A stretch of 64,000 nt of DNA from Octopus vulgaris (taxonomy: Eukaryota). Made by a program: the position numbers and the translations under genes. Below, piece after piece: positions 12,600 to 26,057 of the stretch. Location of the stretch: NCBI GenBank assembly GCA_951406725.2, contig OX597823.1:76074001-76138000 (forward strand), given 5' to 3'. The notes under the pieces were generated by a model, which saw nothing but the letters and a program-made list of their open reading frames with translations, did not search any database and was not told where the DNA came from. The number at the start of each line of letters is the position of its first letter. Within the stretch, counting starts at the first letter, position 1.

Positions 12600-13220
12600 C
12601 TTTCAAAAACCTTAATTATTGAAGATATTTAAAACGTTATCAAAATCGTCATTGAAGCCAGATTGCCGCAAACTTTAAATGCGATTTATAGAACGCAGTG
12701 TGCCCTGTGACTCCCCTTGGCAATCATAGCACGGAATTATAACAATGGTAGCGGTGATATTAATGGGATACCAGAATTACTTTCGTTTAGGGAATGTGAC
12801 AGTGTTTTTCCTGTAAAATCCGATTTAATATAACTTACTAAAAAAGGTTTTGTATATAATTAACCAAAATATCAATATTTCTTGCAGAACCTTCGGATTA
12901 TTGGTGGTGAGATCCTTGCCAGGGAAACTATGGCACAGCTACTTGTACAATTATCTGTACTTGAATAGCAGCCGTTTCTTATTAACTGTGGAAGTATGAC
13001 TGAGAGAGTTATTAACTGTGGAAGTATGACTGAGAAAGTTAACATTGGTCGAATAATTTTGGTAAAATCAAAACTCATAGTTAAAAGCGTGGATTATCCA
13101 CTGGTCATTAAAATATATATTCAGTTGTTCGGACAACTGAATTTGTGATTGTGGAATTACAATTCTTAGATCGTAAAAAATGTCACACCTTGCGACGATG
13201 TTGTACCATTAAAGTACAGG
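12600..13220 (+). pseudogene. Possible decayed EGFR/ErbB-type receptor L-domain fragment
   Basis: Frame from 12864: YFLQNLRIIGGEILARETMAQLLVQLSVLE*QPFL...EKVNIGRIILVKSKLIVKSVDY, then KKCHTL in another frame. This resembles the L-domain pattern FxNLxIIxGxxL..LxxLxxIxxGxIxI..SIDW..CH. Stops, frameshifts and a 30-bp duplication are present. Confidence 0.33.
12979..13040. repeat. 30-bp tandem duplication (2 copies)
   Basis: TTATTAACTGTGGAAGTATGACTGAGA(G/A)AG occurs twice. Confidence 0.95.
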
Positions 13221-13515
13221 TACACTAAAGATAGAGAGAGGGGGTGAAAGAAAGAGAGAGAGAGAGGTGGAATAAGAGAGTGAGAGAGAAGAATCAATAA
13301 TAGTAATTCAATATCACTTCATTTATCGAGCCTAAATTTACGAATGATAAGACGGCATTGAACTCAGTACGCTAAGAACTAGAAGAGTAGTACACTGCAT
13401 ATTTGGGGGTCTCTGAAAGTTTTGCCAATTCCTCACATTCGCCATGCTTAAATATTTATTTCTAACACAGGCACATGGTTCGTTGCTGTTCTATTTTTAG
13501 TTTGGATTTCATTTG

Positions 13516-13586
<71 letters not shown>

Positions 13587-13635
13587 GTTGAGGCTGCCTG
13601 TGGGACACGACCGACATTTTAAAAAAAGAGACAGA

Positions 13636-13767
13636 GAGCTGGCAGAACCATGCCCAGCAAGAAGCTTAGCAGTATTTCAAATGCCGCGGGGATTAACTTT
13701 GCTTTCATGCTTACGGAGTCGAGAAAGTAAGTACCAGCTAAGTACTGGCTTCATGTAATCGACTTAT
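13636..13767 (+). mobile_element. Degenerate SINE family 2 fragment
   Basis: GAGCTGGCAGAA...CTTTGCTTTCAT...AAGTACCAG...GTAATCGACTT. Confidence 0.65.
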
Positions 13768-13814
<47 letters not shown>

Positions 13815-14394
13815 ATTATTATCTTTATTACTATCATTATTATTTTCTGGCTACGCTCTTAACTTTTGTTTGATTTCTTTTCGTGTGTTTAAAGATAACA
13901 GAACTCTTTACTTTCAAAGGACGCCTTTAGGGCTACTCCCTTTCTTGCTGCTAACTCACATTGCTCCACAAAGTAGAAGAAAACATATTGAAATTATTTT
14001 CTAAAATAAATAAAATTTCAGAGAAAATTAAAAGGATCTTTCAAACAGACTTTCTGTCTGCCTCAGGTATTGATGGAAACGTGCTGAAGTTCCGACGTCT
14101 TTGTTTGTAAAATAATCTGAAGTGCATTAATTTCCATTCGGTAGAACATACTCATTCAAAGATTTTGTAACTTCTTTCTACATGTCAAATTACTACTGTT
14201 ATTGCTGCTCCTCTTCTTCTTCTTCTTCTTCTTCTTCTTCTTCTTCTTCTTCTTCTTCTTCCTCATCCTCCTCCTCCTCATAATACTACTACTGCTGCTG
14301 CTGCTGCTGCCACTACTACTATTACTACTACTACTACTCATAATAATAATAGCAACAATAACAACAACAACAACGACAACAATATTGATAATAA

Positions 14395-14611
14395 CAATCC
14401 TTTTCACTATGGGAACGAGGCCTGAAATTTGCGATGAGGGGCCTAGACGATTAATTCGCCCCCAGCACCTAATTGTTTATTATGTCTTCGTCTCCGCAAG
14501 GATGAAAAAAAAAAAAAAATTGGACCCCGGTGGAATTTGAACTCAGAACATAAAGACGGACGAAATGCCGCTAAGTATTTTGTCCGGCGTGCTAACTATC
14601 TGCCAGCTCAC

Positions 14612-14612
<1 letters not shown>
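14395..14612 (-). mobile_element. SINE family 2 copy
   Basis: GGAATTTGAACTCAGAAC...GCCGCTAAG...CTGCCAGCTCACCAC is the reverse complement of the family 2 head. Confidence 0.75.
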
Positions 14613-14704
<92 letters not shown>

Positions 14705-14712
14705 GACGACGA

Positions 14713-15836
14713 CATGAAAACAAGAAAGCATCATACTCAGTAACAAAACAGGCAAAGGAATATCTAAGTGAATTCCGAATACAACAAATTTCGGAATTAG
14801 AGATAGACATACAAGAAACAAGCACAGAAAAAAGCTATGCACATGAAAACTCGTGCTAAAACTGCGGCCTTAGATATTCTGAATGATAAATGGCAAGAAA
14901 AACCTCTCCATGGCAATTACCCAAAGAGAGCGTGTAATGCAGATGTTGACAAAGCCCTGACCCAACAATGGCTAATGGCCTCTGGCTTAAAATCTGAAAC
15001 AGAAGGGTTTATCATAGCAGCTCAAGATCAATGCCTACCAACAAGAAAATACCAGGCCAACATATTAAAGAACGGCAGTAGCCCAACATGTCGTGTATGT
15101 CAGCAACAAAATAAAACCATTGATCATGTTGTCTCCAAGTGCAGTCTTCTAGTGCCTACAGAGTATCTCAACAGGCATGATAGAGCTGCGCAATATATTC
15201 ACTGGGTAATCTGCAAAAACCTGGATTTGCCCCATGAAAAAAACTGCTGGGAACACAAACCACCCCCAGTGCTTGAAAATGACCACATCTCACTCCTCTG
15301 GGACTTCCCCATTGAAACTGACAGAAAGATAGATGCAAATAGGCCAGACATCATATTGAAAGACTTCAAACAAAGAACATGCCTCCTCATTGATATGACT
15401 GTCCCAATAGATATAAACGTATCTGTCAAGACCTACCAAAAACTGAGCAAATATAAAGATCTTGAAATAGAAATCAGCAAAATGTGGAACCTGAAGACTA
15501 AAACATTACCGCTTGTCATAGGTGCCCTGGGAATGATAACAAAAGGGGCTTATTGCTACCTAAGTCAGATACCAGGAATCCCCAAAATGGCAGAAATTCA
15601 AAAGATAGTGCTCATGGGAACTGCTCATATTCTACACAAATACTTTCTATGTAATCTCAAGTTTTAAAACAAACATAATTTTTTTTAGACATCCACTAGT
15701 ACAACACCAATATAAACAACCAAATATATGGCACACTAGGCATAAAAACAACGTGAACTTCCAACCTGTTGTCTCATGAGGTCTCTGGATGAAACTTGGA
15801 GCCAACTCGTACAAATATAAAGCAAAAGTTAAAAAT
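14713..15836 (+). mobile_element. 5'-truncated R4/Dong-clade LINE, family A, flanked by (TAA)n
   Basis: RLE-domain ORF plus 3' UTR between TAA tracts at 14617-14702 and from 15837. Confidence 0.9.
14837..15667 (+). CDS. C-terminal zinc knuckle and restriction-like endonuclease (RLE) region of an R4/Dong LINE protein (fragment)
   Basis: ETEGFIIAAQDQ, CRVC..IDHVVSKC, RHD, NRPDI..LIDMTVP, KxxKYKDL motifs. Confidence 0.88.
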   Translation: MHMKTRAKTAALDILNDKWQEKPLHGNYPKRACNADVDKALTQQWLMASGLKSETEGFIIAAQDQCLPTRKYQANILKNGSSPTCRVCQQQNKTIDHVVSKCSLLVPTEYLNRHDRAAQYIHWVICKNLDLPHEKNCWEHKPPPVLENDHISLLWDFPIETDRKIDANRPDIILKDFKQRTCLLIDMTVPIDINVSVKTYQKLSKYKDLEIEISKMWNLKTKTLPLVIGALGMITKGAYCYLSQIPGIPKMAEIQKIVLMGTAHILHKYFLCNLKF

Positions 15837-15851
15837 ATAATACTAATAATA

Positions 15852-15940
<89 letters not shown>

Positions 15941-15960
15941 AATAATAATAATAATAATAA

Positions 15961-16517
15961 ATGCCCTGATGCAGTACCAGGCAGTGGCTATCATGGCTTC
16001 TGATCTTAACTGATTGGAAGTGTTATCATGTACATTGTTTTGTCTTGGTATAAAAGATGGGCTACAGCAAATATTCTGCTCAATACCACAGATTTGCTTG
16101 TCAGTTGTTTGACCTTAAGCGGTTGAGCATGCCCCTTAGTGGCTGACGATATGTGCATCTCTGATCACGAGCAGAAGTAGTGGGGGAGCATCATAGCCAT
16201 GTGTTGAGAGGGATTCTTTGGGGTTTTAATAATTCACCTCTGGAAACATGGGTGGTTCTTTCAACATCCTTAAACAACCCTTATTCAGGGACCGTTTGAG
16301 CGGGATGGGCTACTCAACCTGAAGAAAATTCTAACTGAGTCCCACCTGCAAGGTTATGTGCTGTTTATCTTGATATGAGATCACCATGTCGCGCACATAT
16401 GGGTGTGATGCATGTGCCTGGTGTACCCTTATCAGACGGGTAGTCATGATGGGTATATTGGGCTTCGTATATTTTACCCCAGTGTCACTTTGATGGCATG
16501 AACTGCTCTCTCACTCA
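15961..16517. mobile_element. ~555-bp non-coding interspersed element, copy 1, in (TAA)n
   Basis: Runs from ATGCCCTGATGCAGTACC to GCTCTCTCACTCA; three copies in the window share the same ends. Confidence 0.85.
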
Positions 16518-16536
16518 ATAATGATAATAATAATAA

Positions 16537-17069
16537 ATGTCCTGATGCAGTATCAGGCGGTGGCTCTCGTGGCTTCTGATCTTAACTGATTGGAAGTGTT
16601 ATCATTTACATTATTTTGGCTTGGTATAAAAGATGGGCTACAGCAAATATTCTGCTCAATACCACAGATTTGATTATCAGTTTTTTTACCATTAGTGGCT
16701 GATGATATGTGCATCTCTGATCACAAGCAGAAGTAGTGGGGAAGCATCAAAGCCATGTGTTGAGAGGGATTTTGGGGGGTTTGAATAATTCACCTCTGGA
16801 AACATGGATGTTTCTTTCAACATCCTAAAACAACCCTTATTCAGGGAGGTTTTGAGCAGGATGGGCTACTCGACCAGAAGAAAATTCTAACTGGGCCCCA
16901 CCTGCAAGGTCATGTGCTTTTTATCATGATATGAGGTCACCATATCGCTCACATATTGTGATGCATGCGCCTAGTGTATCCTTATCAGACGGGTAGTCAT
17001 GATGGGTATACTGCGCTTCGTATATTTTACCTCAGTGTCACTTTGGTGACATGCACTGCTCTCTCACTC

Positions 17070-17070
<1 letters not shown>
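16537..17070. mobile_element. ~555-bp non-coding element, copy 2 (small internal deletion)
   Basis: Direct repeat of 15961-16517, separated from it by a short TAA tract. Confidence 0.85.
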
Positions 17071-17111
<41 letters not shown>

Positions 17112-17112
<1 letters not shown>

Positions 17113-19576
17113 TGACTACAAAAATCTACAAGAACAGGTATGGGAAGACATCTCAATCGCCGACATAAGGAGGGCACTAACGAAGGCTCATAAGTGGAAA
17201 TCCCCTGGTATTGATAGAGTACCAAATTTCTGGCTCTCATCACTCTCGTCCGCACACAGAATGTTAGTAATACTATTCAATAGTATTATGAAAGACCCCG
17301 AAAAAGCACTACATTGGATGGCAAATGGTATTACTTACCTCCTCCCCAAAAATAACAAAACGAAAGACCCAAAAAACTACTGTTTATCTACTACCTATAA
17401 GATTTTGACATCTGGAAGAGAATAACCTCTTTCCCACTGAACAAAATGGATGCAGACGAGGCTCATACGGATGCAAAGATCAGCTCCTAATTAATCGCAT
17501 GATCCTTGAGAACTGTCATAACAAGCGCAGAAATCTCAGCTCTTCATGGATTGATTATAAAAAAAGCCTTTGACAGCATACCACATTCGTGGATTCTGAG
17601 ATTGCTGGACATTTTCAAAATTTCGCCTGTGATTTCAGATTTTTTAAAGTATAATATGTCACTATGGAACACGAAGCTCCAATTATATCATTCTAATGGA
17701 GTATTGCACTCAAACAACATTAGCATAAACTGTGGAATTTTCCAAGGTGACTCACTTTCACCACTAATTTTCTGCATAGCACTAATACCACTCTCAACTG
17801 AACTGAATAGAACAGAATTTGGCTACAAAATTGACAACAAGAAAATAAGCCATCTATTTTATATGGATGACTTAAAGCTATATGGTAAAGATGATGAAGA
17901 GCTTGAAGGATTATTACATACTGTGAAAGGATTTAGTGATGATATCGGGATGGAGTTTGGCCATGAAAAGTGTGTCAAAGCCACTTTTAAGAATGGGAAA
18001 TTGGTAAAGTCTAGTTCAATCGAATTAGATGTCGAAATAGTAATAAAGGAACTTGAGCAGGAACAAACCTATAAATACCTAAATGAAGGCTCTGGTATCC
18101 TGCATGCAAGCATGAAAGAGAAGGTTAGGAAAGAATGTTATAGAAGAGTTCGAGCAGTCCTGAAGTTTGAGCTGAATGCATATAATAAGGTTTTAGCCAT
18201 AAACTCCTTAGCAGTACCAGTTGTTCTGTATAGCTTCAACGTTCTTAACTGGAATACCAGTGAGATAATAAAAATTGATCGAAAAAACCGCAAGCTACTG
18301 ACTTGTAATAAGATGCACCATCCAAAGGCAGACGTGGATCGCCTTTACCTTCCCAGAGCTCAGGGAGGTCGAGGTTTGATCCAGCTTGAACTTACATACA
18401 AAACCACCACAATCGGACTGGCCAAATACCTTGAAGCAACCAACGATTGGATGCTAAAACTTGTTGAAAAACATGAGAGACCTAAAAAAACTTCACTCTG
18501 TTCTCAAAGAGAGCAAAACATTCGCTGCTGATCTCTTACATACTCACCAGATTGAGCAGGCTGGAAGAAATGCGCCAACTGCAGCTGCAAAGAAAATAAA
18601 ATTAATTGCAAAGACAAAAGCACATGAAAATTTAGCTAGCAGATGGGAACAGAAACCTCTCCATGGCAAGTATGTGGCCCGTAGCAAACAAGCTGATGTC
18701 GACCAGAAACACACACACCAATGGTTACGAAGCTCAGGGCTAAATGCAGAGAGTGAAGGTTTCATATTAGCTGCTCAAGACCGAAGCTTATTAACCCGGA
18801 ACTACCAAGCCGATGTGATAAAAAATGGAGCTGACACAAAATGCCGATTCTGTAACGATGAGATTGAAACAATAGACCACATAATCTCAGGGTGTAGAGT
18901 CTTAGCACCTACAGAATATAAAGCAAGACATGACAGAGTCGGCCAGTATTTATATTGGACAATATGCCGGCATTATAAAATCAAAACCGCTGACAAATGG
19001 TATAATCATTATCCTGAAGCTGTGACTGAGGGAGAAAATGTGTCGATTCTATGGGACTACCCCGTGCAGACCGACAGGACTATAAAAGCTAATAGACCGG
19101 ATATTATTATAAAAGGTCAGACAAAAAGGACGTATTTATTAATTGATATGAGTATTCCCTGTGATTACAATATAGCGGCGAAAGGATTTGACAAGATTAG
19201 TAAATATAAAGACCTGCTAATAGAAATTGAAAAAATGTGGCATCTCAAGGCGACTACAGTACCAGTGATTGTAGGATCTCTAGGAACAATTACAAAAAGG
19301 TACTGAAACCTATTTGAAAATGATTCTAGGGTTACCATCCCTACAGGAAGTGCAAAAAACCGTATTAACTGGAACGGCTCATGTACTGAGAAGAGCACTA
19401 TCGCTGCGAAAATAACATCCATCCATGAATTTATTTAGTTATTAATTTTTAAATACATATTTTATTTTTTTTTGCGCGTGTAAACTGGAAATGCATACAA
19501 TGCCCTTCTCTGCCCTAGGTGTATGGAAAACACTCGGCGAGAAACGGAAGAAAATTTGAAGAAAGTAGGAAAAAGC

Positions 19577-19577
<1 letters not shown>
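17112..19577 (+). mobile_element. 5'-truncated R4/Dong-clade LINE, family B (RT and RLE, frameshifted)
   Basis: RT motifs KAFDSIPH, GIFQGDSLSP and HLFYMDDLKLY (17506-18531); RLE motifs CRFC..H..C, RHD and NRPDI (18461-19306). Flanked by (TAA)n on both sides. Confidence 0.93.
17506..19306 (+). pseudogene. Frameshifted RT-RLE polyprotein of an R4/Dong LINE
   Basis: Two overlapping ORFs (341 aa and 281 aa) joined by a frameshift in an A-run near 18485-18490, with more disablements upstream. Confidence 0.88.
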
Positions 19578-19628
<51 letters not shown>

Positions 19629-19649
19629 TAATAATGATAATAATAATAA

Positions 19650-19735
<86 letters not shown>

Positions 19736-19750
19736 GTAATAATAATAATA

Positions 19751-19937
19751 ACACCAGAATTACAAACACATATAACATACAGAAAATTGCACTACTGGGC
19801 ACCGCACACATCCTACGCAATACACTTTCAATACAGTAACCATCAGAGCATCACAACAAATCACAGTACATACCCAAGTCACACAGAGCTATGCTCAGTA
19901 GTGAAGTGAAAGCAAGCCATAAAAATAAAACTACTGA
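19751..19937 (+). mobile_element. Very short 3' fragment of a third R4/Dong family
   Basis: YNIQKIALLGTAHILRNTL* is homologous to the C-termini of families A and B, with a different 3' UTR. TAA on both sides. Confidence 0.82.
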
Positions 19938-19938
19938 A

Positions 19939-20012
<74 letters not shown>

Positions 20013-20748
20013 GAGAGGAGGAGGAGCAGCAGCAGAATGACGACGATGAGGGTGACGACGAAGAGATATTCTTTGTATTACTAATGACAAGGCCCATACA
20101 TATGTGTAATAAAATTTATACCTGAGCAATTACAAATCGAGTGACAAAGGACAAGAAACAAAATCACATAAAAGTTTGGGAAAACGTAAAGGTGTTACAG
20201 AAAGACCCCTTCGTGAGGTGAAAGTACATAAACCTTCTTTTCTTTTTGCTCGATCTGGGATGAAATCCTGGACAAAGAAAATGGAATTCCTCGTGACATA
20301 TCCCTGCTTAACTCGTTCTTCCCACCCACACAGTCCTGCTTGTGCACAGGGGTGTCTTGTTGGATGTGGTTTTATTTATCATGTACAACTGCATTGTTAC
20401 AGTTATCGTTGTTGCTGTTATTGTTTAAGACATTGGCGAACATCGCTCTTAATGATATTAAAGCTATAGATATATATTTTCTTTGCGTTATTTTGATACG
20501 TTATTTTAATAAGTTTTTGCCTCCCTGCTACCTTATTTTTTTTGTTTTGTTTTGTTTCGTCTTCGCTATTGTGTATCTTTGGGCAACGTCAATATCTTTC
20601 CGTCTTTGGGAACGGATCGTGCCTGGCCGATATTTAACATTGAATGCCAGCTAACAAATGGAAATATTGAAATGGCTTCCTTGCCAAATAACGGAAGACA
20701 GCCATCTGCAATGAGAAAGATAGAAAGCACGTCCGTTCAGTAAAAACT

Positions 20749-20859
<111 letters not shown>

Positions 20860-20875
20860 TGATAATAATAATAAT

Positions 20876-21518
20876 TAGCAAACAAGCTGATGTCGACCAG
20901 TAACACACGCATCAGTGGATACGAAGGTCAGGGCTAAAAGCAGATAGTAAAGGTTTCATATTAGTTGCTCAAGACCGAAGCTTATTAACCCGGAACTACC
21001 AAGCCAATGTGATAAAAAATGGAGCTGACACAAAATGCCGATTCTGTAACGATGAGATTGAAACTATAGACCACATAATCTCAGGTTGTAGAGTCTTAGC
21101 ACCTGTAGAATATAAAGCAAGACATGACATAGTCGGCCAGTATTTACACTGGACAATATGCCGGCATTATAAAATCAAAACCGCTGACAAATGGCATAAA
21201 CACCATCCTGAAGCTGTGACTGAGGCAGAAAATGTCTCAATTGTATGGGACTGCCCCGTACATACCGACAAAACTATAAACGTAAATAAACCGGATATTA
21301 TTATAAAAGATCAGACAAAAAAGGTGTGTTTATTAATTGACATGTATTCCTTGCGATCACAATATAGCGGTTAAAGAATTCGACAAGATCAGTAAATATA
21401 AAGACTTGCTAATAGAAATAGAAACAAATGTGGCATCTCAAGGCAACGACAAAACCAGTGATTATAGGATCTCTAGGAATGATAAGCAAAGGTACTGAAA
21501 CCTATCTGAAAATGATCA
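20876..21518 (+). mobile_element. R4/Dong family B RLE fragment
   Basis: Highly similar to 18682-19325 (TAGCAAACAAGCTGATGTCGACC...); starts at a TAA tract and lacks the 3' UTR. Confidence 0.9.
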
Positions 21519-22690
21519 GATGGAGTTCAAGTCTACTGGATAAAAAGATTTGGTAAATGTCATGTACGAATAGATGCGCAACTCAACACCTTGTTAAGTG
21601 CCAACCAAGTAACACTATAGTGGTCGACAATCGGTAGGCGGCTAGTTCTGTGCTTGAAAAACATCGGAAAAGGCAATACGGAAATTATGGAAATTACTGA
21701 CTGGAATAGTTGTCACTGTACGGACATCTGGAAAAAAATAGAAACCCGCCACATGAGCAGAAGGGTTGCAAATGTAAGGGCAGAGGTACTAAGGATCAAC
21801 TCCCGGTAGATAAAACTATACTTAGAGACTGCAAGAGGAGGAAAAGTAACTTAGCCATGTCATGGATCGATTATCATAAGGCGTACGATATGATCCCACA
21901 TTCTGAGATTAAGGAATATATAAACCTTTTTGGTATTGCATCAAATGTTGAGCGATTGCTTGAAAAAGTATGGCGAAGTGGAGGAATGAAACTGACAGCA
22001 TATGGAAGACGTTTAGTGATAAATCACTATACAAACATTTGAGAATGAATGAAACTGAAAATAGGCGGATAAAGAAAAGAATGCATGTACAGTTTTATAG
22101 GGGTGTTGTAGATAAGATAGACAGAGAAAAAAGACGACAAAAGATGACTAAAATTGATCTAAAACCGGAAACGGAGGATCTAGTCTGTGCTTCCCATGAG
22201 CAAGCTTTAAGAACAAATTACATCAAATACAGAATAGGCAACACCTCAGAAAGTAATAATGCAGAATTTGTGGAGAAAATGGTGAACCCGGATGACATAT
22301 TACCAGTCAATGTACGCCACTATCCCAGAAAAAATATAACAGACGTCATGACAACATAGCAAGGAATGTCCATTGGACACTTTGCAACAACTCTTGGCGT
22401 GACTGTGCAAAAAAGTGTTACGAACACAAACCGGAAGGCATCGTCGAAAATGATAATGCAAATATCCTATTGGATTTTATGAGTCAATGCGACCATGAGA
22501 TAGAGAATAGGAAGCCTGTCAGACTGTTATTTGAGAAAGAAAGGAAACGATGCTGGATCATAGATATAGCGTGTCCAGCTGACAACAAGGTATGCGATAA
22601 GGAAGAAAGAAAAGTCGATAGATATGGTAGGTTAGCTTGGGAGTTTAAGCAGTTGTGGTCACTGAAAAAGTGGTTGTAGTGTCAATGCTA
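21519..22690 (+). mobile_element. Degenerate, internally deleted R4/Dong LINE of a fourth family
   Basis: [27 protein letters not shown] followed by LKPETE..EQALRTNY, RHD and CWIIDIACPAD. Confidence 0.85.
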
Positions 22691-24189
22691 ATGTTACGAA
22701 CGTTATGGCTGTTTGTTTCTTGCAAAGAGCAGTTCATGAGATAAGCTGTTGTTTCGCTTTTGGATCACTTATTTTTGCGAGCACTAACTTCTTGACTGCT
22801 TCATACACTCAAACATTTAGCAAATGATCTTTGTACACTGTACCAACAATCTAATTGCTTTCCTATTTCTCATCAAATAGAGTTTAGTCCCAAAGTGACT
22901 GTATGGTCCAGAGAATCATTTGAAACGTAATAGCCGCGATAATCGAATGATTACTGCACTTTTATTTTGCATCATGCATAATTTTTTATATGTATGTTGC
23001 GGTTAAATAAAACTGATTTGATTTCATTAGTGCTATTGCATGTGTAAGATCATCCACATACCGCCTCGTCAGACGATGCCAAGTTCATATTTTACTATAG
23101 GTTGTAAAAATGAAAATTGATAGAGCTACAAAATGACCAATATCCTACCCTGAAATTAATCCGATAAATTTCTAGTATCTCACGAGCTCCTAAAACACAT
23201 TCACAAACGCTAAATAAAATTAACAATAATAAGAAATTTACTAGAATATTGACACACTAGTCTTATTTGAAATCAGAGTGTAGAGGGTTACAGTGGCTTA
23301 ATAGTGCATTACATTGCATGTATTCTTCTGCTTAACCTTTCTGCTTGCCAAATTAGATATTGATTTTGATAGCCATGAGATTCTTCAAGAAATACCATTT
23401 CGGTTTCTTTGCTAGAATTATTTCTACAGTCTTCTGATGATTCCAACCAAGTAACATCGACCAAATTGTTCTTGATGCATGGAGTGGCACTGCGTCGAAT
23501 AAGTTTTCAGACAATTTTTTACGGTAGAAACACACATTTACATTGGAAGTAAACGTCTAATGAATAGAGCGAAATATATTCTGTTAACGATTGAAGTGTT
23601 TGTAGTTATCGATTAGCGGTAGGTAATGGATAGGGAATAAGAGACACGTTAAGGTGGGAAAAACAAGGAGGAGAAAAAGGAAAGAGTGTAGTTCTAATGC
23701 GCTGCAGTTAATGTGCAAGGGTTCGACGAGTGAGGGGTAAGGAGCGAGGGCATGAGTGTGCGTTCATCTATGCGTGCATGTGTGTTAAAATTTAAGATAC
23801 ACGCTGCTTTGAGGGTTGCTGTTGTTGCTATTATTATTAACGGTGGTGGAAGTGATTGTGGTGATGGTGGTGGTGGTGGTAGTGATTGTGATGGTGGTGG
23901 AGGGTAGATGAGGTATGTTCAAACTGTGTATATTTGGTATAAATGTGTGCGTGTGAATAAGACGGGGAGGAAGATGGCGGTAATGATATCATACAAGTTC
24001 CTACCTAGAGGCTAAAGTAGAAGGAAAAGAGTTGGAAGAAGGAGAAACAGAGGAGGTGAGAAATATCAGGTGTGCTTACGTGTGTGTACGTATGTATGTG
24101 TGTGAGTGCGCGTATCTATGCTGTATGTATGTGTCCGAGGCATAGAAATTGTAGTCGGAGGTGTAGTAAGTATTGTCACCTTGTAGCAG

Positions 24190-25200
24190 TTATATATGAG
24201 AAAGGAAGATGGTCAGAGCTAGAAAGGAGAAAAGACAGAGTAAAGTGAAGATAAAAGTATTTGCGTGTTTGTATTTGTGCCTTTGCTCACTAGTAATAGA
24301 CAGAAAAGAATTGAGTAACAGGTAGAATTATTGAACAATTTCCACCCGTAGGCTGTTACATATGGTGATAATGGACGAAGTAAGTCATAGACAATGAAAA
24401 TAAAAGAGTGTGTGAGTGGTAGAAGGAGAACACGAAGCATCGTAACAGCTGTAGCCCTGTAAACATTACATAAGAGATAGAGGTAAAATTAGTGAAAGGG
24501 AGGCAGTGAGGAAATTGAAAGGAGATATATGAAAGAATAACAGCTGAGAGGGAGGTTGTGTGTGAAAGAAAGTGATAAGTAAAAACAGATGATTAAGGAG
24601 ACAAAGTAATTCAAGAGAAGAAATTTGATTGAGAAAAGACAGAGAAAAGCGGATGAACTACAGACAAATATGAATGAGAGAGACTGAGGTATGATTAGAA
24701 ACATTGAAACATTTTTAAAAGACAAGAAAAATTTATTCAGCAAAACAGAGAAACTCCAGGTGGTTGCTCGATCTGCTGAAAACAGCAAATAAATCACAGT
24801 TACATTGAACTATTCTGTGTTATTTCAAAAAGGGACAAATTGGCAACCTGGTCTCTGATATAGAAATTAGCAGGATGTTCGCGGCTGGGATGCTTCTTCA
24901 TCATAGATATGATCAATCACTATAGTCATAGGCCTCTGTAGCAACAAGATCATGCAATATAAGTGGAATATGTTTTTAGAGAGACAAAAAGGGTGAGATA
25001 AAATCTAGTTGAGTGAGAATCAGAATTTGTGAAAGAAAGAAGAGAGCAGTCCGAGTTAGGAAGAGAAGACAAGGAATATCTCTAATGAAGGTGTGTATAT
25101 TGGAGAGCGATAAGTGTAATGTGTCAGATGTTTGGTTTTCGGGTCAGCATGAAGGTTATCCGGAATATTGACGAAATATAAAACCAATAATGATTGAAAC
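24190..25200 (-). mobile_element. Possible ancient PLE relic
   Basis: Faint peptide similarity only (IIPQSLSFIFVCSS ~ IPYSQxLRxxRICS; SFIFIVY..PYVTAYGWKL ~ GIY-YIG), with strong purine skew. Confidence 0.3.
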
Positions 25201-25480
25201 ACTTAAACACTTAAAAAAGACATTTCTGCACTAATCCACATTGAACACATGTTGTTGCTGGAAAACATACATGCGTGAATGCGTCTGTGTGTGTGTGTGT
25301 GTGGGTGGGTGGGTGGGTGTGTATGCGAGTGTCTACGTGTGTGTGTACGTGCAAGAAAGTGAGGCGTAAGAGACACACACACATATAAATATATATGTGT
25401 GTGTGTGTGTGTGTGTGTTTATAAACTAGACTAAGTTACGTGCGTATACATGAGTGTATTCAGATATGTGTTGAAACCTT

Positions 25481-25664
<184 letters not shown>

Positions 25665-26010
25665 TGTTTCTCTCTGTAAAGGCAGAGAGAGAGACAGACA
25701 GACACATACACACACAAAGAGAAAAATAAACAGATATAGATGAATTGATAGATTGATAGGTAGGTAGAAAGAGAGAGAGAGGGAGAGGGAGAGAGAGAGA
25801 GATGTATGTATGTTTGTATGTGTGTAGACCGCACGAAGCTACTGATTCACCTCTCCGCTAACCACAGTTTTTCGATCCTTAAGGCAACAATAGAAATCTA
25901 TACTCCGCTTTATCCATTGACAACTCTTTTCCATTTTAATACTACTCTAATGCACGCACACAACAATAAGTACGCATGCGTATATGCATGTATATATGTA
26001 TGTATACATA

Positions 26011-26057
<47 letters not shown>

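Noticed and set aside
12885-12950. RIIGG as a trypsin activation motif after a possible splice acceptor
   Set aside because: No PWQV, His, Asp or GDSGG context follows; the flanks fit an L domain better.
12979-13040. CRISPR-like repeat (also 29062-29165)
   Set aside because: Contiguous tandem units without spacers, no cas genes, eukaryotic context.
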